Origin: Octopus sinensis
Taxonomy: Eukaryota
Length of the DNA stretch: 7,965 nt
NCBI RefSeq assembly: GCF_006345805.1
Contig: NW_021828605.1
Span: forward strand, 1 to 7,965
Reading direction: 5' to 3'
In this document: positions 7,151-7,965 of the stretch, piece after piece
Numbering within the stretch: position 1 is the stretch's first letter
Layout: each line of letters begins with the position of its first letter
The notes under the pieces: generated by a model
What the model was told of the DNA's origin: nothing
Databases searched by the model: none
The model's input: the letters and a program-made list of their open reading frames with translations, nothing else
Position numbers and translations under genes: made by a program

Positions 7151-7453
7151 GAAGCATGGCTTAGTGGTTAGTGTTTTCGGTTCACAACCGCAGGGTCATG
7201 AGATCGATTCCCGGCAACACGTGTGTCCTTCTGCAAGGTACTTTTTTTTTCACGTTACTCCAGTCTACTCAGCTGTCAAAAACGAGTTGTACCTGTAACT
7301 CGAAAGGTCAGCCTTGTTTCATTGTGTGTCAAGCTGAACCTCCCTGAGAAATATGTTAAGAATACAAATGTCTGTGGAGTACTCAGCCACTTGCACGTTA
7401 ACTGAGCGAGCAGTCTGTTCTGTTGATCGGATCATCAGGAACACTCAATGAAG
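7151..7453 (+). mobile_element. tRNA-derived SINE of a second family
   Basis: Perfect A box TGGCTTAGTGG at 7157-7167, B-box-like AGATCGATTCC at 7201-7211, and a remnant anticodon-like arm CGG-TTCACAA-CCG. The body is unrelated to the 6051/7692 family but resembles a recurrent octopus SINE (recall). The 3' boundary is approximate. Confidence 0.8.
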
Positions 7454-7691
7454 TGCTGGTTTGTAAAAGTGAGATACAAAGAGAATTAACATAAGCAGTG
7501 CAGAATGAGTGCACATGCTAGGCTTGGTGGTGGGCAATGATCGACTTTCTAAAAATAACCTCATTTTTATAAAGAAATTTCGCAAACATACGTCTCGACG
7601 GAAATGGCTGCGATTATGTTCAATAAAATTTAGGAAAACGATATACAAATCAGAAATTTGTTTTATTTAATTTCATTTTAATGTAATATTT

Positions 7692-7965
7692 CTCTTTTAC
7701 TCGTTTCAGTCATTTGACTGCGGTCATGTTGGAGCACCGCGTTTAGTCGGGCAAATCAACCCCCAGGACTTATACTTTTGTAAGCCCAGTACTTATTCTA
7801 TCGGTCTCTTTTGCCGAACCACTAAGCTACGGGGACGTAAACACACCACCATCGGTTGTCAAGCGATGTTGGGTGGGGGTGGGGGTGGGTCATACACACA
7901 CACCACACACACATATATATACATATACACATGATGGGCTTCTTTCAGTTTCCGTCTACCAAATC
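7692..7965 (-). mobile_element. tRNA-derived SINE, reverse copy, head beyond the window end
   Basis: The reverse complement aligns to 6142-6327, including the internal CA/TA microsatellite at 7891-7931, and to 2247-2330. Confidence 0.92.
7871..7889 (+). other. Canonical G-quadruplex motif GGG-T-GGGGG-T-GGGGG-T-GGG
   Basis: Four G-runs of at least 3 G separated by single-T loops. Confidence 0.85.

Noticed and set aside
7151-7215. Functional tRNA gene (formal anticodon CAC)
   Set aside because: No proper acceptor or T stems, and it continues into a SINE body; a tRNA-derived head, not a tRNA.
7432-7438. CTGATGA on the minus strand, a canonical hammerhead core
   Set aside because: No stem II, GAAA or NUH follows at the right spacing; it lies within the SINE body.

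Overview
AT-rich, microsatellite-dense, essentially non-coding eukaryotic DNA. The (TA)n/(TG)n/(CA)n density and the SINE families look like an octopus (coleoid cephalopod) genome; this is recognition and was not verified. No host protein-coding gene is supported, and nearly all ORFs in the track are dinucleotide-repeat artefacts. Supported content: at least four tRNA-SINE copies or fragments, a 5'-truncated LINE (L1-clade/Tx1-like ORF2 C-terminus plus 3' UTR) flanked on both sides by (GATA)n, a 237-bp imperfect foldback (MITE-like) element, a 20-bp-stem hairpin and a 19-bp triple tandem repeat. The most notable item is a minimal Type I hammerhead ribozyme fold on the minus strand at 3938-3986, with a non-canonical CCGACGA core and the short palindromic stem III typical of Penelope-like retroelements, lying between two outward-facing AATAAA signals.
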